Source of the DNA: Bacteroidales bacterium
Lineage (GTDB): Bacteria; Bacteroidota; Bacteroidia; Bacteroidales; VadinHA17
Reading direction: 5' to 3'
Assembly (NCBI GenBank): GCA_024763075.1
Contig: JANTGF010000009.1
Span: 21,149-85,148, forward strand
Length of the DNA: 64,000 bases
In this document: positions 48,998 through 58,261 of the stretch, one piece after another
How the letters are laid out: each line of letters starts with the position of its first letter
Numbering within the stretch: position 1 is the stretch's first letter
The notes under the pieces: generated by a model
Seen by the model: only the letters and a program-made list of their open reading frames with translations
Database searches by the model: none
What the model was told of the DNA's origin: nothing
Translations under genes and position numbers: made by a program

Positions 48998-49119
48998 CTG
49001 ATTGGAATATTAAATTAAAAAAAAATTTGTCTAATTAAATTATATTTCGTAATATTATGAAGCAGAAAGATTAATTATTTTTATGTAATTGACAAATATT
49101 CATACAAAAAAACTAACTT

Positions 49120-49524
49120 ATGGAAAATTTAATTGCATTAAACGTAAAATGTCCCAAGTGTAAGAAGACACTTATGGACCCCTATCACCTCATTAATAAG
49201 AAAGCAAGTATCCGAACAGATATTGAAGTAAATGGCAACAAAGGGAAACTCAGGCTTTGTTCCTATTATGGTTGTTTTGATCATGAATCAGATATTGAAT
49301 TACCTGAAGGTGAGATATTAAAGGTATCCTGCCCAAAATGCCATGAAGAACTGATCAGCAACCATATTTGTGAAGAATGCGGTGCAAATATGATTCCGCT
49401 CTCACTGGATAAAGGAGGACGAATTTATATTTGCTCCAGAATTGGATGTAAGAAACATTATTTGAATTTTGAAAATGTTTCCGATGCCTTACGGAAAATG
49501 TATAATGAATATGGATACTTTTAA
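49120..49524 (+). CDS. Cys-rich (multi zinc-ribbon/metal-binding) hypothetical protein
   Basis: 10 Cys: CPKC, CSYYGC, CPKC, CEEC and CSRIGC..H. Confidence 0.8.
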   Translation: MENLIALNVKCPKCKKTLMDPYHLINKKASIRTDIEVNGNKGKLRLCSYYGCFDHESDIELPEGEILKVSCPKCHEELISNHICEECGANMIPLSLDKGGRIYICSRIGCKKHYLNFENVSDALRKMYNEYGYF

Positions 49525-49577
49525 TAGTTTTTTTAGTTTCTGATGTGAATGATTTAAAAAAAAAAAGAGTCCGGATC

Positions 49578-51830
49578 CTAAACCTGGCCCCTTTTTTTTG
49601 TAGCTATTGCTAACTGACCCAAAGCAATACCTCCATCATTGCAAGGAATCTTTTCATTCATATAAACTTCAAGTCCGGATAATTGCAGCTTTATTTCAAT
49701 TTTTTCTGAAATATATCTGTTTTGAAATGTTCCACCGGATAAAACTACCTTTTTAAGTCCCGTTTCTTTACTCACCGAGTTTACAATTTTTTGAATTATA
49801 TCCACAATTGTATTGTGAAATTTCAGGGAGATTTCTGATCCCGGAACATTTTTTTGTATATCCGTGACTATTTGACGGATCATGGGTTTCACATTAATAA
49901 TTTCTCCTGAATCCATATTGTACATTTCATCAGATCTCCCCTTAATTGCACCTTCCAGACGCATGGGAGCCTCAGCATGAAAATCAGAGAAAAGGCAAAG
50001 TCCGGTAAGCCCGGCAACCGCATCAAATAACCTTCCTGCACTTGAGGTTTCCGGACAATTGAAATTTTTTTCCAGCATCTGAATAACCACATTGAGTTCT
50101 TCTTCCTGAACCTGATGAAGAAATGGTAAATCCAAATCCATCAATGACTCTCCATATATACTATATAAATATGAAACTGCCATTCTCCATGGATTAAGTG
50201 TAGCTTTATCGCCTCCAGGCATTTGCTGATATTCAAAATGAGTCAGCCTATCATAACCGGAAAGATCAGAAATAAAAAATTCACCTCCCCATATTTTGCC
50301 ATCATCTCCCAATCCTACTCCGTCAAATGCAACCCCGATGACCTTTTCATCTAATCCATGCTCAGCCATACATGATGCAATATGTGCATGATGATGCTGT
50401 ACTTTCAGTACCGGCAAGCCTGATTGATCGGCAAAACGAGTAGAAAGATAATCCGGATGAAGATCAGCAACAAACAACTTAGGTTCAACCCGGAATAAAT
50501 CTTTAAATCTATTAAATGACTCAATATAAAACAGGTAGGTCTCCATATTCTTCAGGTCCCCGATATGCTGACTCAGAAATGCCATATTTCCCTTTCCAAG
50601 GCAAAAACAATTAACCAATTCAGCTCCTGCAGCAACAATACCATCCGCATTCTGTTCAAGTTTTATGGGAACCGGTACATATCCCCTGGAACGTCTGATT
50701 AATCTGGCTTTTTGATTTACCACATGCACAATAGAATCATCCACCCGATTGTATATTTCCCGGTTATAGGATAAAACTGCTTCACAATCCGGCAAAAACT
50801 TCTCCAGGGCCTTTTCATCATCAATAAAAATTGGTTCATCTGAGAAGTTTCCACTTGTTAAAACCAGTACTTTTTGTCTGATATTCTCAAACATAAGATA
50901 ATGAAAAGGCATATATGGCAGCATAGCACCAATTGTAGGGAAACCCTTGGTTACACTCCATGCAAGATCGTTTTTTTTCCCAAGTAAAACTATAGGCCTT
51001 TGCCAGGATTTAACGGCTTGTAATTCATATTCATCAGTAAACGTATACTCCTTTAAAGCCTGTTCATCGGCAAACATAACAGCAAAGGGTTTTCCTTCTC
51101 TGTTTTTTAATTTACGCAGTTTTTCCACAGCCTTTGTACTAAGAGCATCGCAAGCGAGAAAGTAACCACCAACCCCCTTTATGGCAATAATTCCATCATC
51201 ATCGAGCAGTTCCTGCAGTCTTCTTAAAATCAAAGCCAATTTCTCTATCTTAACAGATTTTTCATTCAATGTATAAACAGGTCCGCAAGAATGACAGGCT
51301 ACCGGTTGCGCATGAAAACGACGGTCCAGAACATCAGAATATTCCGCCCTGCAGGTATCACACATTGGAAACATATCCATTGTAGTATTTACCCGGTCAT
51401 AAGGAAGATTCTTTATAATGGTAAACCGGGGTCCGCAATTTGTACAATTGATAAAAGGGTAATCTAACCTGTGTTGTTGAGATCGCATATCATCCAAACA
51501 ATCCTTACAAACAGCAATATCAGGACTGATAAGTGTGATTTCATCAGAAATATTTGTACTGGGAATAATTGAGAAACCTTTAAATGATTTTATCCCGACC
51601 GGTGAAACATGTATAGACTCGATGTACGATGCCGGAGGAGCATTGTGCCGGATATCATTTACAAATTCATTAATTGCTGACTCGACACCCTCAATTTCAA
51701 TAATTACACCATCATTCCGGTTTTCCACCTCACCTTTAAGTCTGAATTTATTTGCTACTCGATAGACAAAGGGACGGAATCCAACACCCTGAACCAATCC
51801 TTTAATCAATATTTTTTTTGCTGTTTTCAG
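49578..51830 (-). CDS. hypF: Carbamoyltransferase HypF (start CTG 51830 or TTG 51809)
   Basis: GLVQGVGFRPF, two CxxC-x18-CxxC fingers, RRSRGY, QHHHAH and PCNDGGIALGQ motifs. Confidence 0.95.
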   Translation of the reverse strand: MKTAKKILIKGLVQGVGFRPFVYRVANKFRLKGEVENRNDGVIIEIEGVESAINEFVNDIRHNAPPASYIESIHVSPVGIKSFKGFSIIPSTNISDEITLISPDIAVCKDCLDDMRSQQHRLDYPFINCTNCGPRFTIIKNLPYDRVNTTMDMFPMCDTCRAEYSDVLDRRFHAQPVACHSCGPVYTLNEKSVKIEKLALILRRLQELLDDDGIIAIKGVGGYFLACDALSTKAVEKLRKLKNREGKPFAVMFADEQALKEYTFTDEYELQAVKSWQRPIVLLGKKNDLAWSVTKGFPTIGAMLPYMPFHYLMFENIRQKVLVLTSGNFSDEPIFIDDEKALEKFLPDCEAVLSYNREIYNRVDDSIVHVVNQKARLIRRSRGYVPVPIKLEQNADGIVAAGAELVNCFCLGKGNMAFLSQHIGDLKNMETYLFYIESFNRFKDLFRVEPKLFVADLHPDYLSTRFADQSGLPVLKVQHHHAHIASCMAEHGLDEKVIGVAFDGVGLGDDGKIWGGEFFISDLSGYDRLTHFEYQQMPGGDKATLNPWRMAVSYLYSIYGESLMDLDLPFLHQVQEEELNVVIQMLEKNFNCPETSSAGRLFDAVAGLTGLCLFSDFHAEAPMRLEGAIKGRSDEMYNMDSGEIINVKPMIRQIVTDIQKNVPGSEISLKFHNTIVDIIQKIVNSVSKETGLKKVVLSGGTFQNRYISEKIEIKLQLSGLEVYMNEKIPCNDGGIALGQLAIATKKRGQV

Positions 51831-52222
51831 CTTTTTAATGTTTTATATAAATGAGCCACCCAAAATTCTCAGATTTGCGAACCAGTAATACAATCCTTAT
51901 TTAAGCATAATAATTCACATCCGGTCATATAAAATTGACATGTAATTCAACACTCATTTCTAAGGACAAGCAAATGTAAAACTAAAAAACCAAACAACCA
52001 TCTCGGCATGAAATAATAACATTCCAGTTAATTTTTGCGCATAATTATTTCTGTAAATATGTTATATGATAAAAATCATCTCTTTAAAATGAGAAGAAAT
52101 TATATTCTTTATTTATCTAAATATCTGTTATTTATAAATCAAAATCTGATATCAATCGTAATTTTATTATTTTGATTCATTCTAAATTCATCATAATGTA
52201 TGCATGGTTTTAAAAAAGCTTT

Positions 52223-52268
52223 TACTTTTGCTGTTAATTATATAACATTTCAGTTATTTAGTTAACAG
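52223..52268 (+). promoter_or_regulatory. hox promoter -7 element followed by two tandem Rex-like boxes
   Basis: TACTTTTG (52223-52230); CTGTTAA-TTAT-ATAACAT (52231-52248); CAGTTAT-TTAG-TTAACAG (52251-52268). Confidence 0.55.
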
Positions 52269-52297
52269 TAAAATCAATTCATTAAATAATCAGGGTA

Positions 52298-54100
52298 ATG
52301 ACAAAAGATTTTGTTCATCAAACAATAAAAAAATTTAATTCAGACAGTTACAGGCTGCTTGATATGTTATTGGATATCCAACAGGAATACGGATACATTT
52401 CGAAAGACAATATTTCTGTTCTGGCCGGCGAGTTAAACCAGTCTGAGGCAGATATTGGACAAACCATTACCTTCTATCATTTTCTTCGGTCCAAGCCACA
52501 GGGAAAATACTCCATCTACCTGAATAATAGTATTGTATCAAAAATGATGGGGATGGATAAAATTGCCAGGCAATTTGAGAAAGAATCAGGAATAAAATTT
52601 GGAGAGGTTACAAAAGACGGTCAGATTAGTTTACATTATACTTCCTGCATCGGGATGAGCGATCAGGAACCCGCCGCCATCATCAACGAAAAGATATTTA
52701 CAAACCTGACCACTTTCAGGGTAAAAGAGATTGTCCTGGCTATGAGACAGGGCAAGCCGGTAGAAAGTATGTATTGTACAAATTTTGGGGGAGGAAAAAA
52801 CTCCTCTCCTCTTGTTGAATCAGTAGTACGTAATAATATTCGAAGATCAGGGCCTCTTTTGCAGCTTAATTATGTTCCGGGCCAGGTTTTGCAAAATAAA
52901 GTATCTTTAATGAGCCCTGATGAGGTTATCAGTGAAATCAAAGATTCCCATTTGAGAGGTCGTGGTGGTGCAGGTTTTCCAACCGGACTTAAGTGGCAAT
53001 TTTGTCGCAGGGCAAAAGGTGCAAGAAAATTTATATTTTGTAATGCTGATGAAGGAGAACCAGGCACATTTAAAGACCGTGTTTTGCTGACAGAGAAACC
53101 TGAGATGGTTTTTGAAGGAATGACGGTTGCTGCATATGCTGTAGGTGCAAAAGAAGGCATTCTTTATTTAAGATATGAATATAAATACCTTGAGACGTAC
53201 CTTAAACAGGTATTGCAGGATCTTCATGGCAAAAATTTACTGGGTGAGAACATTTCCGGCATCTCAGGTTTTGATTTCGACATTCGTATCCAATATGGTG
53301 CCGGAGCATATATTTGCGGTGAAGAATCATCTTTGATTGAGTCTGCCGAGGGAAAAAGAGGAGAACCCAGGCCAAGGCCTCCTTTTCCTGTAGAAAAAGG
53401 TTACCTTGGTTATCCTACCATTGTTAATAATGTTGAAACACTATGTTCTACCGTAACTATTTTACAGAATGGTGCAAACTGGTATCGTGAACTTGGAACT
53501 GATGAATCGACAGGCACAAAAGTCCTGAGTATTTCAGGAGATTGCCTCTATCCGGGAATATACGAACTAGAATGGGGATTCTCCATAAATGACATTCTCG
53601 AAATGTCAGGAGCAGAAAGTACTCAGGCTGTTCAGGTTGGCGGGCCTTCAGGGGCACTGGTTCCCCCCTCTCAGTTTAACCGTATATTATGTTATTCCGA
53701 CCTTGCTACAGGTGGCTCTCTGATTATTTTCAATCAAACGCGTGATTTATTAAGAGATGTGGTCATGAATTTCACTGAATTCTTTGTAGAAGAATCCTGT
53801 GGTTCCTGTGTTCCCTGCAGGAACATTCCGGCTTTACTAAAAAAGAAACTTGAAAAAATCCAGGCCGGAGATGGTGTCAGAGAAGACCTGAAGGAAATAG
53901 AAGAATGGAGTAATATAATGCAGATCAATCGCTGCGGACTGGGTCATACTGCCGCAAATCCGGTAATTACCAGCTTGAAGAATTTCAGAAAACTATATGA
54001 GGCCCTGATTCAGAAGGATGTTAATTTTGATTCAGGCATTGATCTGTCAGCTGCTGTGGCAGAATCCTGTGAATTTGTTGACCGTATTCCTCAACTATAA
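52298..54100 (+). CDS. hoxF: NAD-reducing [NiFe]-hydrogenase diaphorase subunit HoxF (NuoE-like plus NuoF-like fusion)
   Basis: TFYHF, CIGMSDQEPA, GRGGAGFPTG.KW, CNADEGEPGTFKDR, GAYICGEE and ESCG.C.PCR...CGLG motifs. Confidence 0.93.
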   Translation: MTKDFVHQTIKKFNSDSYRLLDMLLDIQQEYGYISKDNISVLAGELNQSEADIGQTITFYHFLRSKPQGKYSIYLNNSIVSKMMGMDKIARQFEKESGIKFGEVTKDGQISLHYTSCIGMSDQEPAAIINEKIFTNLTTFRVKEIVLAMRQGKPVESMYCTNFGGGKNSSPLVESVVRNNIRRSGPLLQLNYVPGQVLQNKVSLMSPDEVISEIKDSHLRGRGGAGFPTGLKWQFCRRAKGARKFIFCNADEGEPGTFKDRVLLTEKPEMVFEGMTVAAYAVGAKEGILYLRYEYKYLETYLKQVLQDLHGKNLLGENISGISGFDFDIRIQYGAGAYICGEESSLIESAEGKRGEPRPRPPFPVEKGYLGYPTIVNNVETLCSTVTILQNGANWYRELGTDESTGTKVLSISGDCLYPGIYELEWGFSINDILEMSGAESTQAVQVGGPSGALVPPSQFNRILCYSDLATGGSLIIFNQTRDLLRDVVMNFTEFFVEESCGSCVPCRNIPALLKKKLEKIQAGDGVREDLKEIEEWSNIMQINRCGLGHTAANPVITSLKNFRKLYEALIQKDVNFDSGIDLSAAVAESCEFVDRIPQL

Positions 54101-54110
54101 GCAATTAACT

Positions 54111-54821
54111 ATGAACAATAAAGTAAATTTCACAATCGACGACAAAGAATGTACTTCAACTTCAGACAAATATATTGTTGAAGCAGCCAGGGAAAACGGA
54201 GTTTATATTCCAACCCTTTGCAACTATGACGGAGTAAAACCTGCCGGGTCATGCAGGGTGTGTACGGTAAAGGTAAACAAACGTTACCTGACAGCCTGTA
54301 CCACACCTATAGCTGAAGGAATGGAAATTGAAGTAAACACTACAGATCTTCAGGATTTCAGAAATGCTGTTGTTGAGCTTTTATTCACAGAAGGGAATCA
54401 CTTCTGTCCTGCCTGTGAGAAGAGCGGCAATTGTGAACTTCAGGCACTTGCATACAAGTTTCAGATTATGGCTCCAAGGTTTCCATTTCAATTCAATGAG
54501 AGGTATATTGATGCCAGTAATCCTAAAATCTATCATGATCATAACCGTTGTATATTATGTAAACGCTGTATAAGAGTTGTAAAAGACGATAAGGGGAAAA
54601 GTGTATTTGCTTTTGAAAACAGAGCACGTCAGATCAGGATAAATTTTGACAGCAAACTTGGAGAGGTGCTAACGGATGAACTGGCTGAAAAAGCGATGGA
54701 AGTCTGTCCGGTCGGTTCCATTCTGGTTAAAGGAAAAGGATTTAAAGATCCCATTGGTACCAGAAAGTTTGATCATACACCCATAGACAAAATAGTAATT
54801 CCTGAAAAACAAAATATATAA
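54111..54821 (+). CDS. hoxU: NAD-reducing hydrogenase Fe-S subunit HoxU
   Basis: IPTLC..GSCRVC..AC, HFCPACEKSGNCELQ, CILCKRC and CPVG motifs; start taken at ATG 54111. Confidence 0.93.
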   Translation: MNNKVNFTIDDKECTSTSDKYIVEAARENGVYIPTLCNYDGVKPAGSCRVCTVKVNKRYLTACTTPIAEGMEIEVNTTDLQDFRNAVVELLFTEGNHFCPACEKSGNCELQALAYKFQIMAPRFPFQFNERYIDASNPKIYHDHNRCILCKRCIRVVKDDKGKSVFAFENRARQIRINFDSKLGEVLTDELAEKAMEVCPVGSILVKGKGFKDPIGTRKFDHTPIDKIVIPEKQNI

Positions 54822-54824
54822 ATT

Positions 54825-55370
54825 ATGAGCAGACCTATCATAGCAACAACTTCTCTGGCCGGATGCTTTGGTTGCCATATGTCATTTCTTGACATTGATG
54901 AAAGAATACTGGATTTAATAGAACTCGTAGAATTTAACAAATCCCCTATTGACGACATAAAAACATTTACCAAAGATTGTGATATCGGATTAATTGAGGG
55001 AGGTTGTTGTAACACTGAAAACATTCACATATTGAAAGAATTCAGAAAAAAATGTAAAATCCTGATTTCTTTTGGAGAATGTGCCATCATGGGTGGACTT
55101 CCGGCCCTGCGTAATGATATTTCTGTTAAAGAATGTTTGGCTGAAGCCTACCTAGATGGAATATCTACAGTAAATAAAGAAGAGATTTTACCAAATGACG
55201 AAGAGCTTCCCATGATATTAAACAAAGTATATCCCTGTCACGAAGTTGTTAAAATGGATTATCATTTACCTGGCTGTCCCCCAAGAGCCGACCTGATCTG
55301 GGATGTTTTACATGCATTAATTCTGGGGACAGATGTTGAATTGCCATATGAAGTTGTTAAATACGATTAA
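54825..55370 (+). CDS. hoxY: NAD-reducing hydrogenase small subunit HoxY
   Basis: LAGCFGCHMS, EGG, GECA..GG and PGCPP motifs; truncated single-cluster small subunit. Confidence 0.94.
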   Translation: MSRPIIATTSLAGCFGCHMSFLDIDERILDLIELVEFNKSPIDDIKTFTKDCDIGLIEGGCCNTENIHILKEFRKKCKILISFGECAIMGGLPALRNDISVKECLAEAYLDGISTVNKEEILPNDEELPMILNKVYPCHEVVKMDYHLPGCPPRADLIWDVLHALILGTDVELPYEVVKYD

Positions 55371-55382
55371 AGAAGAAAAGAA

Positions 55383-56837
55383 ATGCCAAAAAAAATAACC
55401 ATAGAACCTGTTACCCGTGTGGAAGGACATGGAAAAGTAACCATCCATATGGATGATAGCAACCAGGTTGTTCAAAGTCGGTTACATATTGTTGAATTCC
55501 GTGGTTTTGAACGTTTTATTCAGGGGCGGCCCTATTGGGAAGCCCCTGTACTGGTTCAAAGATTATGCGGAATATGTCCTGTCAGTCACCATCTTGCTGC
55601 TGCAAAAGCCATGGATGAAATTGTGGGAGCAGGTACGGGCGACGGCTTAACCCCTACAGGAGAAAAAATGAGAAGACTTATGCATTATGGACAGATCTTT
55701 CAATCCCATGCGCTGCATTTCTTCCATCTTGCCTCACCGGATATGCTTTTTGGTATTGAAGCCGATCCCAATATCCGGAATATTATTGGCGTAGCTCTTG
55801 AACATCAGGATCTTGCTGTGCAGGGTGTAATGATGCGGAAATTTGGACAAGAAGTCATTCAGGCAACTGCGGGGAAAAAAATCCATGGTACCGGGGCTAT
55901 TCCCGGTGGAATGAATAAAAGCCTTACACCCGAAGAAAGAGATTCCTTTCTGTTAGGTAAGGATCCCTTAAACGTTGACAAAATGATCGAATGGTCGCTT
56001 GGAGCACTGGATTTTTTCAAATCCTACCACAGTCAAAACCGTGAACTTGTTGACAACTTTGCAAACTTTCCATCCTCCCACCTCAGCCTTGTAAGAAAAG
56101 ACGGTGCCATGGATCTTTATCATGGTGTATTAAGAGCTGTAGATGCAGAAGGTAAAAAGATACTGCATGATGTTGACTATCAAAAGTATTATGAATACAT
56201 TGGGGAAGAAGTCAGATCATGGAGTTATATGAAATTTCCATTCTTAAAAGAATATGGGAAAGAAAAGGGCTGGTACAGGGTAGGCCCTTTGGCCAGAATG
56301 AATACGGCAGACTTTATTCCCACTCCACTAGCACAGAAAGAACATGAAATTTTCAGAGCTTATACAAATGGTAAGCCCAATGGTATGTCCATGCATATGC
56401 ATTGGGCCCGACTCATAGAAATCCTTCATTCAGCAGAAATGATGAAGGAGTTATTATATGATCCTGATATAACGGGTGATCAGCTTGTTACAAAAGGAAA
56501 TAAGCAATATGAGGGAGTAGGCCTGATTGAAGCACCCAGGGGAACACTTTTCCACCATTACAGAATTAATGAAGATGATCAGATAGATATGGCAAATCTG
56601 ATTGTTTCAACAACCAATAACAATACACCTATGAACCTGGCGGTTGAGTCGGTGGCCAAAGATTATATGAATGGTCATGCGGTTATTTCAGAAGGAATGA
56701 TGAATGCGGTGGAAGTAGCAATCCGTGCTTATGACCCTTGCCTGAGCTGTGCCACGCATGCCCTGGGGAAAATGCCCCTGGAAATTAAAATACTGGATAA
56801 GTCGGGTAATATTCTTGATAAAAAAAGAAGCAGCTGA
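55383..56837 (+). CDS. hoxH: Group 3d [NiFe]-hydrogenase large subunit HoxH
   Basis: EPVTRVEGH, L1 RLCGICPVSH, EAPRGTLFH, L2 DPCLSCATH and a cleavable C-terminal tail. Confidence 0.95.
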   Translation: MPKKITIEPVTRVEGHGKVTIHMDDSNQVVQSRLHIVEFRGFERFIQGRPYWEAPVLVQRLCGICPVSHHLAAAKAMDEIVGAGTGDGLTPTGEKMRRLMHYGQIFQSHALHFFHLASPDMLFGIEADPNIRNIIGVALEHQDLAVQGVMMRKFGQEVIQATAGKKIHGTGAIPGGMNKSLTPEERDSFLLGKDPLNVDKMIEWSLGALDFFKSYHSQNRELVDNFANFPSSHLSLVRKDGAMDLYHGVLRAVDAEGKKILHDVDYQKYYEYIGEEVRSWSYMKFPFLKEYGKEKGWYRVGPLARMNTADFIPTPLAQKEHEIFRAYTNGKPNGMSMHMHWARLIEILHSAEMMKELLYDPDITGDQLVTKGNKQYEGVGLIEAPRGTLFHHYRINEDDQIDMANLIVSTTNNNTPMNLAVESVAKDYMNGHAVISEGMMNAVEVAIRAYDPCLSCATHALGKMPLEIKILDKSGNILDKKRSS

Positions 56838-56878
56838 TAACTAACCCGGGGTTGTATAAAAGATAATATGCGGTTAAT

Positions 56879-57379
56879 ATGAGGAAGCAAAAAAGAATTC
56901 TTATCTATGGTTATGGTAATCCGGGGAGGCAAGACGACGGGTTAGGGATTGCTTTTTCGGAAGCCATTGAAAAATGGGCGGACAAGAACCAAATACACCA
57001 CATTACCTGTGATTCAAACTATCAGTTGAACATTGAAGATGCAGAGCTGATCTCAAATTTTGATCTGGTTCTTTTTGCAGATGCTTCCATTGAAGACATA
57101 AAGGAGTTTACCCTTACCCGGGTAAAATGTTCCACCTCAAAAATCGAGTTTTCCATGCATGCCGTATCCCCTGCTTTTGTGCTGGATCTATGTAATAAAA
57201 TCTATAAAAAATCACCGGAAACCTATCTTTTACATCTGAAAGGTTATGAATGGGACTTTAAAGAAGGGTTAACCCCGGATGCAAAACACAATTTAAAAGA
57301 GGCTGTTCGGAGAATCAAAAAGGTAATCCTTCAGGAAACAGGTCCCAACGAACTTGCTCAGGCAAGTAGTGTTTGCTAA
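56879..57379 (+). CDS. hoxW: Hydrogenase maturation protease
   Basis: GYGNPGRQDDGLG, FADAS and SMH motifs; follows hoxH. Confidence 0.88.
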   Translation: MRKQKRILIYGYGNPGRQDDGLGIAFSEAIEKWADKNQIHHITCDSNYQLNIEDAELISNFDLVLFADASIEDIKEFTLTRVKCSTSKIEFSMHAVSPAFVLDLCNKIYKKSPETYLLHLKGYEWDFKEGLTPDAKHNLKEAVRRIKKVILQETGPNELAQASSVC

Positions 57380-57453
57380 AAAATACAAAATCAACTAAAT
57401 ATTATTGCACTATAAAATACCGGTTCTTCATAAGATCAGACATTCCGGTTTAC

Positions 57454-57486
57454 AGCTCTTCCTCCACCAAAGGAAGGGCTTTTTTT
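57454..57486 (+). terminator. Intrinsic terminator of the hox operon
   Basis: AGCTCTTCCT-N7-AGGAAGGGCT followed by T6. Confidence 0.65.
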
Positions 57487-58204
57487 ACAATCCGAGGAAA
57501 ACGATGGCCAGCCCGCTGATCAAAATCGTTGCACCGGCTAAAGCGTGAGAGTATCTTTCTAATTTTCCAAGACGAATGAAGCTTACACCATAATACCCGA
57601 TCACTACCACCAACAGCATAGTTACAATGGTAATTACTGCAAAAATTGTTGTTACAATGAACAATCCCCAATAGTTATGCTCCGCCGCCGGATACATTAA
57701 GATTGGTATCAGAGGTTCACAGGGACCCAGAACAAAAATCGTAAATAGTATCCAGGGAGTCAGGTTCTTTTCTCCTTCTTTCTCCTCCGTATGCACATGT
57801 GCATGCCCCTCATAATGGCTATGCTTATGATCATGATAGGTTCCATCTTCATGCACATGGATATGACTGTGTTTTTTATTTCTGTATGCTTTTCGCATCC
57901 CCCATACAAAATAGGCAAATCCAAAAGCAATGAGCAACCAGGCTGCCAGGCTTCCTCTTCCCTCTTCCAAACCTGTAAGTTTATTCACACCTAAACCCAG
58001 GCCTATGCCTATAAAACCAATAAGAACTGAACTCAATACATGACCGATCCCACTCGCCAGGGTTATCCATAAAGTTTTGGACAAAGACCATTTACCGGCA
58101 CGTGACATTACAATAAATGGTAAATAATGATCCGGTCCGAATAAGGAATGGAAAAGCGCAATAGAAGCAGCAGTTATCGAGAGTAATTGAATTTCTTCCG
58201 TCAT
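57485..58204 (-). CDS. His-rich UreH/NiCoT-like membrane protein, probable Ni/Co transporter
   Basis: HSLFGPDH signature, GIGH, His-rich cytoplasmic loop, PCEP and about 6 TM. Confidence 0.75.
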   Translation of the reverse strand: MTEEIQLLSITAASIALFHSLFGPDHYLPFIVMSRAGKWSLSKTLWITLASGIGHVLSSVLIGFIGIGLGLGVNKLTGLEEGRGSLAAWLLIAFGFAYFVWGMRKAYRNKKHSHIHVHEDGTYHDHKHSHYEGHAHVHTEEKEGEKNLTPWILFTIFVLGPCEPLIPILMYPAAEHNYWGLFIVTTIFAVITIVTMLLVVVIGYYGVSFIRLGKLERYSHALAGATILISGLAIVFLGL

Positions 58205-58261
58205 AAATTAAATTTTACAAACCCTGTCCTTTAAATTTTTACTAAGATACAAGCAAAATGT

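Noticed and set aside
51850-51960. Short uORFs in the hypF leader (e.g. MTGCELLCLNKDCITGSQI)
   Set aside because: Too short, with no associated terminator or structure; consistent with chance.
54825-56837. Selenocysteine ([NiFeSe]) hydrogenase or stop-codon recoding
   Set aside because: All metal ligands are Cys codons and the ORFs are uninterrupted.
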